From contig NC_092674.1 in assembly GCF_964355755.1 (NCBI RefSeq), positions 23,994,001 to 24,058,000 of the forward strand: a stretch of DNA of 64,000 bases, read 5' to 3'. Position 1 is the first letter of the stretch. Every line of letters begins with the position of its first letter. Shown in pieces: positions 26,272 through 47,600 of the stretch. This DNA comes from Antedon mediterranea. Lineage: Eukaryota > Animalia > Echinodermata. The notes under the pieces are model-generated. The model worked only from the letters and a program-made list of their open reading frames with translations, ran no database searches and was not told the origin of the DNA. The position numbers and the translations under genes are program-made.

Positions 26272-27200
26272 CGCCCGTATTCTTAAACCGGACTTTAGTT
26301 GTAGTTCGAGCTAAAACTAAAAAAATGACGTCATTTTAATTCATAAACCGAACTTCAACTAAATCACCGACTAAATCAGGCCAACCTCGACTAAATCGAG
26401 ACGGATTTTGATCGATTTTTTTAGTCCTGGAGGGGGCAGACTAAAATGGTCGACTAAATGGTTTTTAAACGATGTTTATAAAAAACGTAACAGTCATTGA
26501 GTTGTTATATTGGCCAGATATTGAAGAATGAAATATCTATAGTTATATTAGCTTAATTAAATATACATTGGTATAAATTATAATAATGAAAATCATCTTT
26601 ATTTACAACTGTATACAAATTACATTATTTTCTTCGCGCAAGTCCGACTTGAGCTACGTCACGCCATAGCGACAATGGGAGATGCGGCAATTCACCACGC
26701 GATGGAATGTTTAGGGGGCCTAGCGCTTTCTTGTCACGCTATGAAGTGCATGGTTCGTGGCGATCATACTTTGTTGGGGGCCTAGAAAATATAAAAGTTA
26801 CCGTACCGCCATGGTTCCTAAATATATTTTTAAGATTTTATTTGTTGTTAATCAAATATACTTCACTGTTAAATTAATACTGATATTGTTCTAATAATTA
26901 ACGATTAAAATTATTTTTCATGTATATAGTCCTGATGCGTAACAAGTGTTGTAAGAAATGGAAAGTGATATCAATGGGCAAAATTTAGGTCTGCTCCTCA
27001 AATACTCTCTTGTCATTGGCCAATGTATAGGCTTTGTTACCCAGACGTGTGCAACTCGACTAAAAGCTCGACTTCATTAAGTCGAACTGCAAACTTCGAC
27101 TACTTCGTTTTTGAATCGAATTTGAAGTAATAGCTCGAACTACGACTTTTCCAAGTCGAACTTCGAACTACGACTAAAGTCCGGTTTAAGAATACGGGCG
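26272..27200. mobile_element. PIF/Harbinger non-autonomous element, 929 bp
   Basis: TIRs CGCCCGTATTCTTAAACCGGACTTTAGT / ACTAAAGTCCGGTTTAAGAATACGGGCG with TTA TSD; absent from duplicate at ~23752. Confidence 0.85.
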
Positions 27201-27203
27201 TTA

Positions 27204-27607
27204 GTCCAAAGATTATATAGCGCCGCTACGCGGCGCAAGATAGGTAACTGTTGCCAAGCTCCTATCTTATAACACTACGCGCCCAGTAAATCCATGGACG
27301 CCATTCGGGCGGACAGGTTATTATTGTGATTTAAATGAAATGGTTTAAAAATTGCTTCATGGAAAAGGGAAGAAATTATGTAAACAAATAAAAAATAAAA
27401 GTTTCTTTGGGATCTGGACACTTTCCGATTAATTCTGTGTGTTTACATTGATATGTTTGGTTAGACAACTTCGTTCTTTAACCGAAACATCGTGGATATT
27501 GCCTTGACAACGACTTTATTCCGGTTCAAACTTGTCCGCCGGAATGGCGTCCATGGATTACAAAGGTCTCACCCAGTTACCTATCTTGCGGCGCTATACA
27601 ATCTTTG
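27204..27607. mobile_element. MITE with CAAAGATT..GCAAGATAGGTAACTG TIRs
   Basis: Inverted ends; absent from duplicate at ~23752; apparent (C)TTAG duplication. Confidence 0.7.
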
Positions 27608-28131
27608 CTTAGTCTTGTCGATTATTGTTGATCAAAATCTTCATGATTAGGAGACAGCGATAAGTTAAATATTAGAAACATGGTACAAGGAAATATGTAG
27701 ATTAAAGTATAAAGTTTCTGCAAAAGTAATTGTGACCCCCTCAGACTAGTGCACAACTGTACTAGAAATCGCAAAGTGCAAGTGAGTGTTTCGAGCAGAT
27801 CTAACGTAGTTTTGATGATAGTGCCGCGTCCTCCTATTTACAAACAAACCGAATGTCTATATTATAACTCTTCTCATTGGATAACAAATGCAGTGTATCG
27901 TCGCCTGCAATAAGTGATTTCACCCGCAAAGAGAGAAAGCCGTAAACATGCCTAGCTCGACTTAGGCCAATGTTTTGTAGTCAAACAATAAACTTTCGGA
28001 TCTGAAAGCAATAAAGCGTGACGGGGGAGGGGTCAAATTACTGTGTAGAACATGAATAGCTGCTCTTGCTGTTACCGTTAGTCGTTTGTAGACTACAGAA
28101 AGGTATCACCATGCAAGAGTGAAAGTACAGT

Positions 28132-29133
28132 CTAATTTCGCTCTTTTCTGGTCTTTCTAAATTTTTGAAAAGCTTTTATCACTTCTCTCCGGAAGGAATG
28201 GTGAAAGGTCCATACTAATATAGGAGTGATGAACGAATCTATTGATATTAATATATGCATTATGTGATGACTGATCCACCATTCTGTCTTGTCGTTTGCT
28301 GCTGCTACCGTGCGGTTTGCTGATACAGTGGCGTTTGCTGCTACCGTGCCGTTTGCTGCTACCGTGCCGTTTGCTGCTGCCGTGCCGTTAGGTGCTATCG
28401 TACCATTAGACATGGGTCCATAATCAGCATGTGGGTCAATTACTGCAGGGACAACAAACAATACGATAAACGATAATGTTAATAAAGTATTTCTTGTCAG
28501 CGTAAATAAAGCAATCCGGTAACTAAGTTGAAACGTGCGATTCCTTTGTCCAGAAGTTCTAAAATAGCTTGACCTTATACCGCGTACAATTTTAACACCA
28601 AATGTATAATTAGCAAGTACAATTAAAAGATACACACTATGAATAAAAATATATCGTAAACAACTTGTTACAACTAAACAATATTCAATTGAGGCCATAG
28701 CAGTGCTCACAATCCAAATAGCCACTATTATTTTCGAGTACAATTTTTTCGTGTATATTACTTTGTATTGTGTCGGGGCTTTAACAACCGCTATGTATCT
28801 CTCTATCGAAATGTTCAGAATAGTTAGTACAGTTGATATAAACACAATGTTTTTAAAGCAAAGCATTGACACGAATAGTTTATCATGACAACCCTTAGGC
28901 CGATTACCTTTTCTGTTCTTCATGAATATCAAATGTACAAGAAACCCCAAACACCGTATTACTTCGGATACGGTTAGGTGACAAAGTAATATGTTCTTCT
29001 TCCGCAAGTTCTTCAGAAGAATGATCGCACCAGCAACCAAACCGTTGGTCAGGATGTCGACAGACAATAAGCACATCAAAGGCACGACCATTTCAACTTT
29101 TGATGAGCTCATATTGTGTTCACGGTCAAACAT
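28132..29133 (-). CDS. Intronless atypical class A GPCR, paralog 3, 333 aa
   Basis: 7TM pattern, ISIERYIAV, six N-x-T repeat units in ECL3, DSFITPILVW. Confidence 0.85.
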   Translation of the reverse strand: MFDREHNMSSSKVEMVVPLMCLLSVDILTNGLVAGAIILLKNLRKKNILLCHLTVSEVIRCLGFLVHLIFMKNRKGNRPKGCHDKLFVSMLCFKNIVFISTVLTILNISIERYIAVVKAPTQYKVIYTKKLYSKIIVAIWIVSTAMASIEYCLVVTSCLRYIFIHSVYLLIVLANYTFGVKIVRGIRSSYFRTSGQRNRTFQLSYRIALFTLTRNTLLTLSFIVLFVVPAVIDPHADYGPMSNGTIAPNGTAAANGTVAANGTVAANATVSANRTVAAANDKTEWWISHHIMHILISIDSFITPILVWTFHHSFRREVIKAFQKFRKTRKERN

Positions 29134-30541
29134 CTTTGCTCTATAGTATTATAGTAGTTATTAACTCGTAATCAATATGGTTGTGTTACAAAACTACTAG
29201 TAAGTGATGCGCTCTAAAAGATATTTAAAAAGATGTTATCGAAATGTTCCTTTACTTTGACACGTGATCCAGTTTCGCTGCTTGTACTTCAACCTCTTCA
29301 TCTTGACAAAGACTTCTTCGCATAAAAACATGAACACATACTACATTTAATTAATGTAAATGAAAATCCGGTAATAAACAAGAGAATACGGTATCCACAA
29401 ATCCGAACGTATTTACCAGTAAGAACTGGTGTCTATGATGTTTCACAGCTTGGTGTGTTGTATATTGACATGAATACAAAATACAATATCCAAGATAAGA
29501 GCGAGATAATCATAATAAGCTGTGGGTGTATGTTTACAGCGTTGTATGCGAAGTCAAAATGATGACGTTGAAATAAGTTTTAAATGAGTGCATTATCACC
29601 ATTGGTTACCTAAATTAAATGAAAATGTCTTCACCAGACCTCGTACATGTTTAATACTTGTATGAATTAATAAATACTAATAATAAAACAGACTGTCTTA
29701 CGTTGTACGAAGTGAGAAATTCGAGATTACGTAGGGGACTACTTCTGAACAATGATAAGTTTTTTCTACAATACAATTCAGGCGAATCGACAGCGTCAGT
29801 TTGTACGCATGCGTATTACTATCTTGCAGCATCTTGTTTGGCGACGCGAAAAATGCGCTACCAAGAGCTAAGAATTAAATGGAAAATAGAAAAAAGCAAT
29901 ACTAATACTAATACTATTAAGATTCAATTTATTTTGTCAAAATATAAAATGGAAAATAGTACGTCTAAAAGCAGGGCTAACATTTCATTTAAAATACATA
30001 GGCATATTCATTAACCATTTTATCAATTATATAGCATTTAAGAACGTATAGAAACAGTAAAAAAGATAGGCCTAAGGTTAAAAATATATAAATACAAACA
30101 AATAGAATGCTGAATTTACAAATGTAGATATAGGCTTACATTAAAAGATTAAAGCTTATGCCTATGTTAAATTATTTACACATTTTTGTATCATCATTGA
30201 GCTACCTGATCGGGTAGGTAACAACAGATCCTGCCTTTATTATCTTCCTGAGATCATGAAAGAGGAATAATCTAGGTAAATAATTCCTTCATGCTGAGAT
30301 TACGATGTTGATGAGATCAAAGATTCAAATTTATTCTCATCCATTTCTGGAAATTCCATTGCTTGCATTAACAATTACAAAATAACCATTGAAACTACAT
30401 TACTATAAACATATTTGATATATATAAAAACAATATTTACAGTATATTTTACTTATAATTGTCATCGTTTGTAATTTTTGTTTGTAGGTTTTATGGCTTG
30501 TGGAAAAAGATATCGTTCAGTACGATGAAATGAAAATAAAC

Positions 30542-31432
30542 TCATTTTTTAGAAAAAGCGTTTTTAATTTCTTTTTTAAAGAAGGGGTGAAAATTCCAAA
30601 CCAGTATTGGAGTTAAGAACGAATCTATTGACATTACAATGTTCATTACGATAAGAAATGGAAATTCCCCCAGCGTAGGTTTGATGTCTGGTTTGAAATT
30701 TGAATACGGTTGCGGTTGGAGTGGCCGGTCCGGGTCATTTGCTTTTTTATGGGAGTTGTTTTTGTGTAATGAAATACTATCTATAATATACAGTGTTATT
30801 AACACAGATATAAATATAGCGCTTCTTATCATGGCAAATAAAGCAATTCGGTAACTAAGTTTAAAAGTGCGATTCCTTTTACCAGATGTTCTAAAATAGC
30901 TTGACCTTATACCACGTACAATTTTAACACCAAGTACAAAGTTTACAAATACAATTAAACAACACATGGTGAAGTTCACATGTCGGAATTCGAATCTACA
31001 AGTTGTAAATAACAGTTCAAGTGAGGTCACAGAAGCGCTTATAATCCAAATACCCACTATTAATTTCATGTATAATTTGTTCGTGTATATTACTTTGTAT
31101 TGTGCTGGTGCCTTGATAACAGCTACGTATCTCTCTATCGAAATGTTGAGAATAGTAAGTGATGTTGACATAAGCATAAATAATTTAAAGTAATACAATG
31201 TTGCAATATTAGTTGGGATTGTCTTTGCATTACTACAATCGTCACACAAAATGATAAAAACAATAAGTCCAGAACATCTTAATATATCGGATACGGTGAC
31301 GTGCAAAAGAAATATGTTATTTCGTTTCCGCAAACCTCGTACAAGAATGATGGCAAAGGCAACCAGAGCGTTTAACAATATGACGATAGAGGCAAAGCAC
31401 GTCAGACATATCTTGGTAGTTAGAGTGTACAT
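30542..31432 (-). CDS. Intronless atypical class A GPCR, paralog 4 (divergent), 296 aa
   Basis: 7TM pattern, TVSD (TM2), ISIERYVAV, DSFLTPIL; ICL2/ICL3 nearly identical to paralogs 1-3. Confidence 0.85.
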   Translation of the reverse strand: MYTLTTKICLTCFASIVILLNALVAFAIILVRGLRKRNNIFLLHVTVSDILRCSGLIVFIILCDDCSNAKTIPTNIATLYYFKLFMLMSTSLTILNISIERYVAVIKAPAQYKVIYTNKLYMKLIVGIWIISASVTSLELLFTTCRFEFRHVNFTMCCLIVFVNFVLGVKIVRGIRSSYFRTSGKRNRTFKLSYRIALFAMIRSAIFISVLITLYIIDSISLHKNNSHKKANDPDRPLQPQPYSNFKPDIKPTLGEFPFLIVMNIVMSIDSFLTPILVWNFHPFFKKEIKNAFSKK

Positions 31433-31526
31433 AGTTCGCTACAAGTCCAGTTGTGTTTCTTTCTTTGCTTAAATTTTCTAAACGTTCAAGAAAGTTCCCT
31501 GAAAAGTGTAATGCTTCTGCTGCTGC

Positions 31527-32690
31527 TTTACCTTCTCTATCTCAATTTAGCGGGAAAACAATAACTATATTTCTGAGAGAGATCGTTTTAGTTCTTCCAC
31601 TTTACCTTCAAGTCTTACTTTTATCTGTGTTTTATTGAATATCTCAATTAGGGCTTAAGCATGAACAACAACAAATATCCCTAGTAAACTATATTTATGA
31701 GAGAAATTAAAAAAGTTCTTATACTTTGCCTTCAAGTTTTACTTTTCTCTGTGTTTCATTGAATATCTCAATTTAGCAATAAAACAATATCCTCGGTAAA
31801 GTATATTTCTGAGAGAGATCGTCGAAGTTCTTACACTTTACCTTCAAGTCTTACTTCTGACTTTGTTTCATTGTTCATTGGATATCTCAATTTATTATCA
31901 ACAAAAACAATATCTTCAGTAAACTATATTTCTGAGAGAGATCTTTGACGTTTCCGGCTTTACCTTCAAGATTTACTTATTTCTATGTTTCATTGAATAT
32001 CTTAATTTAGCAACAAAAACAATATCTTCAGTAAACTATATTTCTGAGAGTTTCGAAGTTTCTATCTTTACCTTCAAGATTTACTTATATCTACTGTATG
32101 TTTCATTGAATATCTTAATTTAGCAATAAAACAATATCCTCGGTAAACTATATTTCTGAGAGAGATCTTCGAAGTTGTTACAATTTACCTTCAAGTCTTA
32201 CTTCTGACTATGTTTCATTGAATATCTAAATTTATCAACAAAAACCATATCCTCAGTAAAGTATTTCTGAGAGTTTTGAAGTTTCTATCTTTACCTTCGA
32301 GTTTTGCAGTCCCTTTACGTTTAATTGAATATCTCAATTTAGCAACAGTAACCCAATCTGAGAAACAGTCAAGTGAGATCTTCGAAAGGTACTTCGAAAG
32401 GTACTTTCATTGACTATCTCGAGTAATTTCTTAGATAGATCCTCCGAAGAAGTTCCTATTTTCCTTGCGACTCTTGTTCTCTCTACGTTTATTTTTAATA
32501 TCTCAATTTAGCAACAAAATACTATCTGAATTTAGTGACAGCATCACGAGTAAAGTATATTTCTTACAGATATCCTCCGAGGTGCCTATTTTACCTTTTA
32601 GTCTTGCTCCCTTTACGTTTAATTGAATATCTCAATTTAGCAACAGTAACCCAATCTGAGAAACAGTCAAGTGAGATCTTCGAAGTCCTA
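31527..32690. repeat. ~120-bp degenerate tandem repeat immediately upstream of GPCR paralog 4
   Basis: TTTACCTTCAAG...TTGAATATCTCAATTTAGCAA...TATATTTCTGAGAGAGATC recurs ~9-10 times. Confidence 0.85.
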
Positions 32691-34946
32691 TTTATCGTGG
32701 CCGTAATCTATGCCTATTAGAACTTGAGGATAAAGAAGTTTCTTTTCGGTGACATAGAGTATTCTAGTCATGTGACGTGTAGATTGTGTAGTTTGACGAT
32801 GAAAAACTTGCGCTGATGATGTTTTTATTGTCTTTGGCTCGATCACTTAACTGTTTTGTCCTGTGGTTTGATCGTTTACTGAAAACTTGTTTACAACGAA
32901 GTGAATACAATAATTTATCAAACAACAGGTGGGTAGGTCTAATTATCGTCTAAAATTGTGTTCGCTGCAGCTTGATTAATAATTCAAATTTACGATGCCT
33001 TGTTTTCTGAATTGTGTAAAATATTTAATATTAATTGTAGTAACACGTATCATCTAATGATTATATCAATCTCTTATCAAATATTTAGTACAATATAAGT
33101 ATTTATAATTTATGAATAAACCAATCCGCACTTTGGCCCGTAACACTGTAGGACATCTTATTCAGTTACAGTTACGCTTACGCCACGACCAGACTGACCC
33201 TTTACATTGTTTATTGGTGAATGCATAGAAGGGGTTTTCCAAGACTAGACCATTCCATTGAGTGAATTTATAGCATAAATGATTTGTTTCATTTAAATGT
33301 CAAAGTCTGTTTTTTTACACCGTTTTCTAATCGCTACAACATTCGCGCGCTATACAATATTTGACGCATACAAAACAATCATCAAAGTTGATCTTAGTCG
33401 ACTTTATTTCAGAAATTTAACTTGCTATTTATCTGAATTATGTTATGTAATTGTTAATTCACTATGTATGTGGTAAAACAAAACAAACAAAACTTTGCTG
33501 ATTGGTAGTTTAAATGGTAACTATTAACCAATCACACATTGAATTTAGTCGACGTCATCGGCATCTCATTTTGTTGGCGTGGCATTGTTTTTGCAAGCAA
33601 TGCACGTGTTGTGGTGCGGCGGCTAAGCGCGCATACAGCAGACCAGATAGGAATCCTAGAGGCAAGATCATGTCGTACTTAATTACTAATTAACAATCAT
33701 GGAGGGTTTTAATAACAGCGAATTTGATGTGCACTGTTTGTCTAATTTATCATGATGTTAAAACGTGTATTTAATGATGTGAGACAAAGATGAACAGATA
33801 GTACTTGCCGAGTCAACCAAGAAGATGAATCAAGGTATTAGGTACTAAGTAGGCTAGGTCAGGGTCAAGAAAGTGACTAGGCGGCGGCCTAGCTGTGGCA
33901 TAGACAAGCATTTTCATGAAATAGAATCGCTAATGCCCGGCCAGCATCGACACAATGTAGGCCCACTGTAGGGATTGGTAACCAGGCTTTTTAAACTGTC
34001 TTTGTTTTTTTTGTTAAACTGAAAACTTATTTATTATAATTGTAAGTCCTTAAAATAGCACATCACAAATAAAATGTAGTAATCTTTAAAATACTTTGGT
34101 TATTAAAAATTGGTAAAATATATATTTTACTGTTAAACTATTTACACAAATAAGCAATTATTATATCACTTTACCTGACATTGGAGGTTAATGTCCTCAA
34201 ATTAAGAGTTCAGCCAGAATATACATAAACAATTAGAAACATACATTAACTGTTACATTAGATTTACAAAAATGTATTATTTACTTATTTTATAGCATAT
34301 TATCATTTTATTATAGAAACATCAATATTTTTTGGTTAAAATATTTTTTTTTAAATAAAATACTAAAATATTTAAAAAGTATCATTTATATTTTAGTTGT
34401 ACTCAAGATATGTTCAACAACAACTTTACGTGTCTAATAATTTTATACCCTTACTTTTGGGTAATTAGGTCATCTGACACCCAATGTTGACCACCGAATT
34501 TCAATTAAAATACAAGTCTTCATATTTTATATATCATCAATTTACCATATTTGGCCAGGGGAAATTTCATTATAAGCTTTTCGTCATTTCAGTGCGAGAT
34601 TTTGGTAAACTTTTCATCATCAGATTTTAATGGCATGTTCAAACATGTTTCATCCACAAAATCATCCAAGTCAGCCTATCCCAGTCCTAGACCCTGTTAG
34701 GCCTACACTTTTACATTAACATTAAATGCAAAGTCACCTTGTGTGAAATATATAACCAGAAGAGAACGAATTCTATTGCCTTTTTTTTCATTTTTCACCG
34801 TCAATCTAGTTATTTCTTGACGTGAGCAGAATTGACGAGAACCATATAATCCATTTGCTTTGGCCTTTATGTGGTTGTATCACACACAGTATACTAGGAA
34901 TGTGTTAAGATATGGAGAGATATGAAAGATTATTTACCAGCTGGAG

Positions 34947-35112
34947 CAGTGACGTAACGCAGAGACCCAGGGCTCCTGGTTTAGGGACTCTAAGTGGCCC
35001 TCCAACGCTGGAGGCCTTTACCGTTTTTAGCGTTTTAACATATTTTAATGCTTGTTTTCTTCCTCTAGCCCCTCGGTTTAACCAGTGAGCACTCGGAGCC
35101 ATTACGCCACTG
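34947..35112. mobile_element. hAT-type MITE in the SLC36 3' region
   Basis: CAGTGACGTAA / TTACGCCACTG TIRs, 8-bp TSD AGCTGGAG / AGCTGAAG (7 of 8 match). Confidence 0.65.
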
Positions 35113-35349
35113 AGCTGAAGCTAGATAAGGAAAAGCACTTGGTACAACATTTCTGTTTTTTTTTAAATGGACAATAAAGTATATATGACTATGACTATGA
35201 CTATAAACTAGTGCATCATTATAGCGGCCTATAACAATCAATGAATGCTAATTAAAATATGAATTGATACAAAACCATAATTGTGTGTAGGTTTGAACAT
35301 ACCCACTATTTATATAGTCGATTGTCAGTTCTGTTCTTCACTTACTCTT

Positions 35350-44111
<8,762 letters not shown>

Positions 44112-45654
44112 TTTGATCTAAAAAAAAACAGATTTATACTATATAATAATATAATAATTATATTATATAGGTCTGGACATCATTTATAATTGGCACGAAT
44201 TAAACTAGGAAATATTTATTTTGACAATTAAAAATTTTTATTTTTAAAGACAAGTTTTGTGAAGATCACATTAATCATCAATATATGGACTAATAAAATG
44301 TACTTTCACACCTACTTAGATTATAAATGAGCCACGTAATACCAAAACAATAGGTAATACGCCATTTTACGGCAATCGGTTAGGCCTAGCTTTAGCTGAC
44401 ACCGATTTAACCTTGAATTAAATTGACGGCAAACACAACCCATTTTGTGGGCGGTGGTGTACGATCGCGACGATCCGGCTAACGGGCTAATCCACAAGCC
44501 TAAATTCAAACTGGGCTTACTTCTCAACTAACCTACCGATTTCGTTAATTTAAAGACAAAATGATTCCAATATACTTACTTTAAATGTCCTTAACAAACG
44601 GTGGTTCAGATATACATAAAACTATAAATATTTTGATTATAAACAACCATTGTTCTGTCTCGTTTTGCGGATTAAATGTTGTTATCCGTCATGGGTCAAC
44701 GATTACAAAATCCACGTACAGTACTTGGTTTGAGGGCGCTTTATCATTTTTTTTATAAGGCCGTCTCCGTGCGCGTGTCCGCACTAGCCATGAAGGAAGT
44801 AGGCCTATCTGTTTAATTTTTTCAACGAACCAATCACTGATTGAATCAGTTAATTAATAGTCAATCAAATAATCAAGTGCGCGTGATCAATCAGTAAGCG
44901 CTCAATAATAATTTTCAATTTTAGGTTAAAAATGATCGCATTTATTGGATAATTATCTGATTTTAATGAAACTATCATTTTCATTTTAATCTCAAGCGGA
45001 ATCGGTTCCCGTCTATTATAACATGTCATCATTCACCTCATGTCATGGCATTATTTTTTTTTCTTTTATTACTTAAAATATATTCATTTCAATTGATTGT
45101 TTCCGGAACGATAATGTCCGGGAAAAATTTTTAATTAATAAAAACGATACTGAACTTCTGACCAATGAGAAAACACCCTCACTAACCGTACTTCTCACAC
45201 GTCCCCTGCTAACGCCACCACCGCGATATCTATTATATTTTCTGTATGTAGCATAATTGTATCAAAATCAAGCATAATTTGGCCAAAAACACAATAACCA
45301 TTTAAAATTTATTTTATTAATTATTATTTTTTTGCTTTTCGTTTTTGTGTGGAACTTACATCATCATATTCAAAATGTATCCGCCCCTCTTGCACCATGT
45401 TTTGGTGACATTTTGCTATTATACTTAAATGAAAATATCCAAATCCATAAAAAATATCCAATTAAACAAAACGGAAAACACATCAAAGAACAGCAAAGGA
45501 TATCATGCCTACCACTTATGACCAACGTTTACAATAAACATTTTTGATCGTTCCGTTTTTACTTTTGGAATGCTAAATTCTTTGATTTTTCTTAAATTGT
45601 ACCTATAGAGATTTAGGCGCTTATTTGGTTAGCACTGTTCGCTACTATCAGCCA

Positions 45655-46728
45655 TTTATTATCACTGTGCGCAAGTATAACCAAAATGGGTATACTAGCG
45701 GACAGTGCTAAACTAAATCCTATTTATTATCACTGTGCGCAAGTACAACCGAAATGGTATAGTAGTAGCACACAGTGTTAAACTAAATCTTATTAGTCGC
45801 GTGGACGCGACTCTATAGTTCACTATGTCGGTCGGTCGGTCGGTCGGTCGGTCTGGTATCACTATGCGTTTTATCGCTTTCTTACCTTATCTTGATATCA
45901 GTTTAATTTAGCTAGGTCAATTTTTCACATTATATTCCCTTATGGCCAGGAATCGATGTGGTTACGTTTTCACGGTGCGCAATAAATAATTACGCGGTGT
46001 ACGCACGATTTAACGAAATCACGTTTGTAATCATATCTTCACAACCATAAATCACAATTAAATAAAATTTGGTACTCATACATTTCAGGGCATAAATCAT
46101 CATATGGCAATACAATTACGTGCGTAGCGCATGTAACGCATGCGTACGCGCGCTTAACATTTTCAAAATTTATTTTCGATGAAATAAGAGTACGTTTCAG
46201 GCAATTTTAAGCGTTTACAAAATTGCCATGAGTGCGCAGATTTTTGCGCGCGCACTGCGCGTTAAACGTTATTGCGCACTCTTTTTGCCCGATTTCTGTT
46301 TTCTTGACTTACTTTTCAACTCGAAATTATGTTATACGAGCACGTCAAAAGTGACAGGCTACGCACGTGTAAATTTAAAAAATATAAATGTTTTTAAACA
46401 TTTCAACATTTTTAAACATGTTCAGTAATTTTGGTCAGTTGGTAGGTTGGTCGGTCGGTAAACACTAATGAGCACGCGACTGCAGCCATCTATATGGCCT
46501 TGTTTATTATCACTGTGCTCAAGTACAACCGAAATGTGTATAGTAGCGCACATTGGCAAACTAAATCCCATGTATTATCACTGTTCAAAATTAATCCTAT
46601 TTATTATCACACTGTGCGCAAATTACAACCAAAATGGGTATAGTAGCGCACAGTGCTAAATTAATCCTATTTATTTTCACTGTGCGCAAGTAGTAAAACC
46701 AAACTCGCCCACAGTGGAAAACTAAATT
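45655..46728. repeat. ~65-bp tandem repeat split by a Helentron-type insertion, between divergent SLC36 and RPL31 5' ends
   Basis: TTTATTATCACTGTGCGCAAGTACAACC...CACAGTGCTAAACTAAATCCTA units on both sides of 45790-46504. Confidence 0.75.
45790..46504 (+). mobile_element. Helentron-type non-autonomous element
   Basis: Sub-TIRs AGTCGCGTG / CACGCGACT, (GTCG)n microsatellite, 3' hairpin GCCATCTATATGGC. Confidence 0.7.
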
Positions 46729-46802
46729 TGACACACGATAATAATTCTTTTCAGAGCCATTATAAGCAGCTCTGATGGATACCTTTTCAGTCATAGCCCC
46801 CT

Positions 46803-46875
46803 CTATAATAATCCAAGTCTTGCCTTCCTTCCCATCATACCTTTAAACTTCCTTTTTGTAATTTTCTTCGTGGAT
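46803..46875 (+). promoter_or_regulatory. Possible RPL31 promoter and non-coding first exon with pyrimidine (TOP-like) tract
   Basis: CTTCCTTCCC and CTTCCTTTTT tracts followed by donor GTAAGT at 46876; the RPL31 ATG directly follows an acceptor at 47600, so an upstream exon is expected. Confidence 0.35.
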
Positions 46876-47600
46876 GTAAGTGTTGTTTTGTATACCTAAA
46901 AGAAATCCATAAAAATCACAATAATTCTATTCGAATGTGCAAATAAAATTATTGGAATTTGCTTATGATATATTTAAACACTAACATATGCAGATTTTGT
47001 AATACAATAAAGTTGTACAGCCCCTTAATTGAACTGAAATGTTGCAAACTCTCTTTCTGTAACACAGACACAGTGGAGTGGGTCTAGGGAGGCTAGCCTA
47101 GAGTGCTACCTATTCTAGTTAGCTATGCTGGTTTTGGAATTTGATCTTTGATTCTGAGTTAGTTATGTTTTTTCAGTTGACTATTAGTCAGCTTTGTCTA
47201 ATACCTATGAAATCGTCGTTTGTGTTTGGACCGTGTGCCCTCGGCCTCGAGTAGGCCTACCTGCCTGATTATTGTTGAAACTTGTTGGGCTGTTTTTAAA
47301 AACTCAATGCCTGGTCACTTCGTCCCTTCACTGGTGTCGTGGGCCTACTGACCTCCAATCGTGGTTTTCTCAAATAATCAAAGAACTTTTGATGTGTGGA
47401 GAGAATGGGAGGGAATTAATTACTGACTCGGAGACCTAGAATAGATAGCTATCCGAGTTACTTGTACTAGGCCTAGGTAGGCTAGCCTATACTAGTAACA
47501 AACTAGTTATGTAGACTTCCTCCCTGAAATTCTGACCTAAAAAAAAATTAGAGTTCAATAATTTGTAAATACTACTAGACACTACTTCCTTGTTTTTCAG

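Noticed and set aside
33640-33840. Possible first exon of an extra plus-strand gene
   Set aside because: No ORF or downstream exons identifiable
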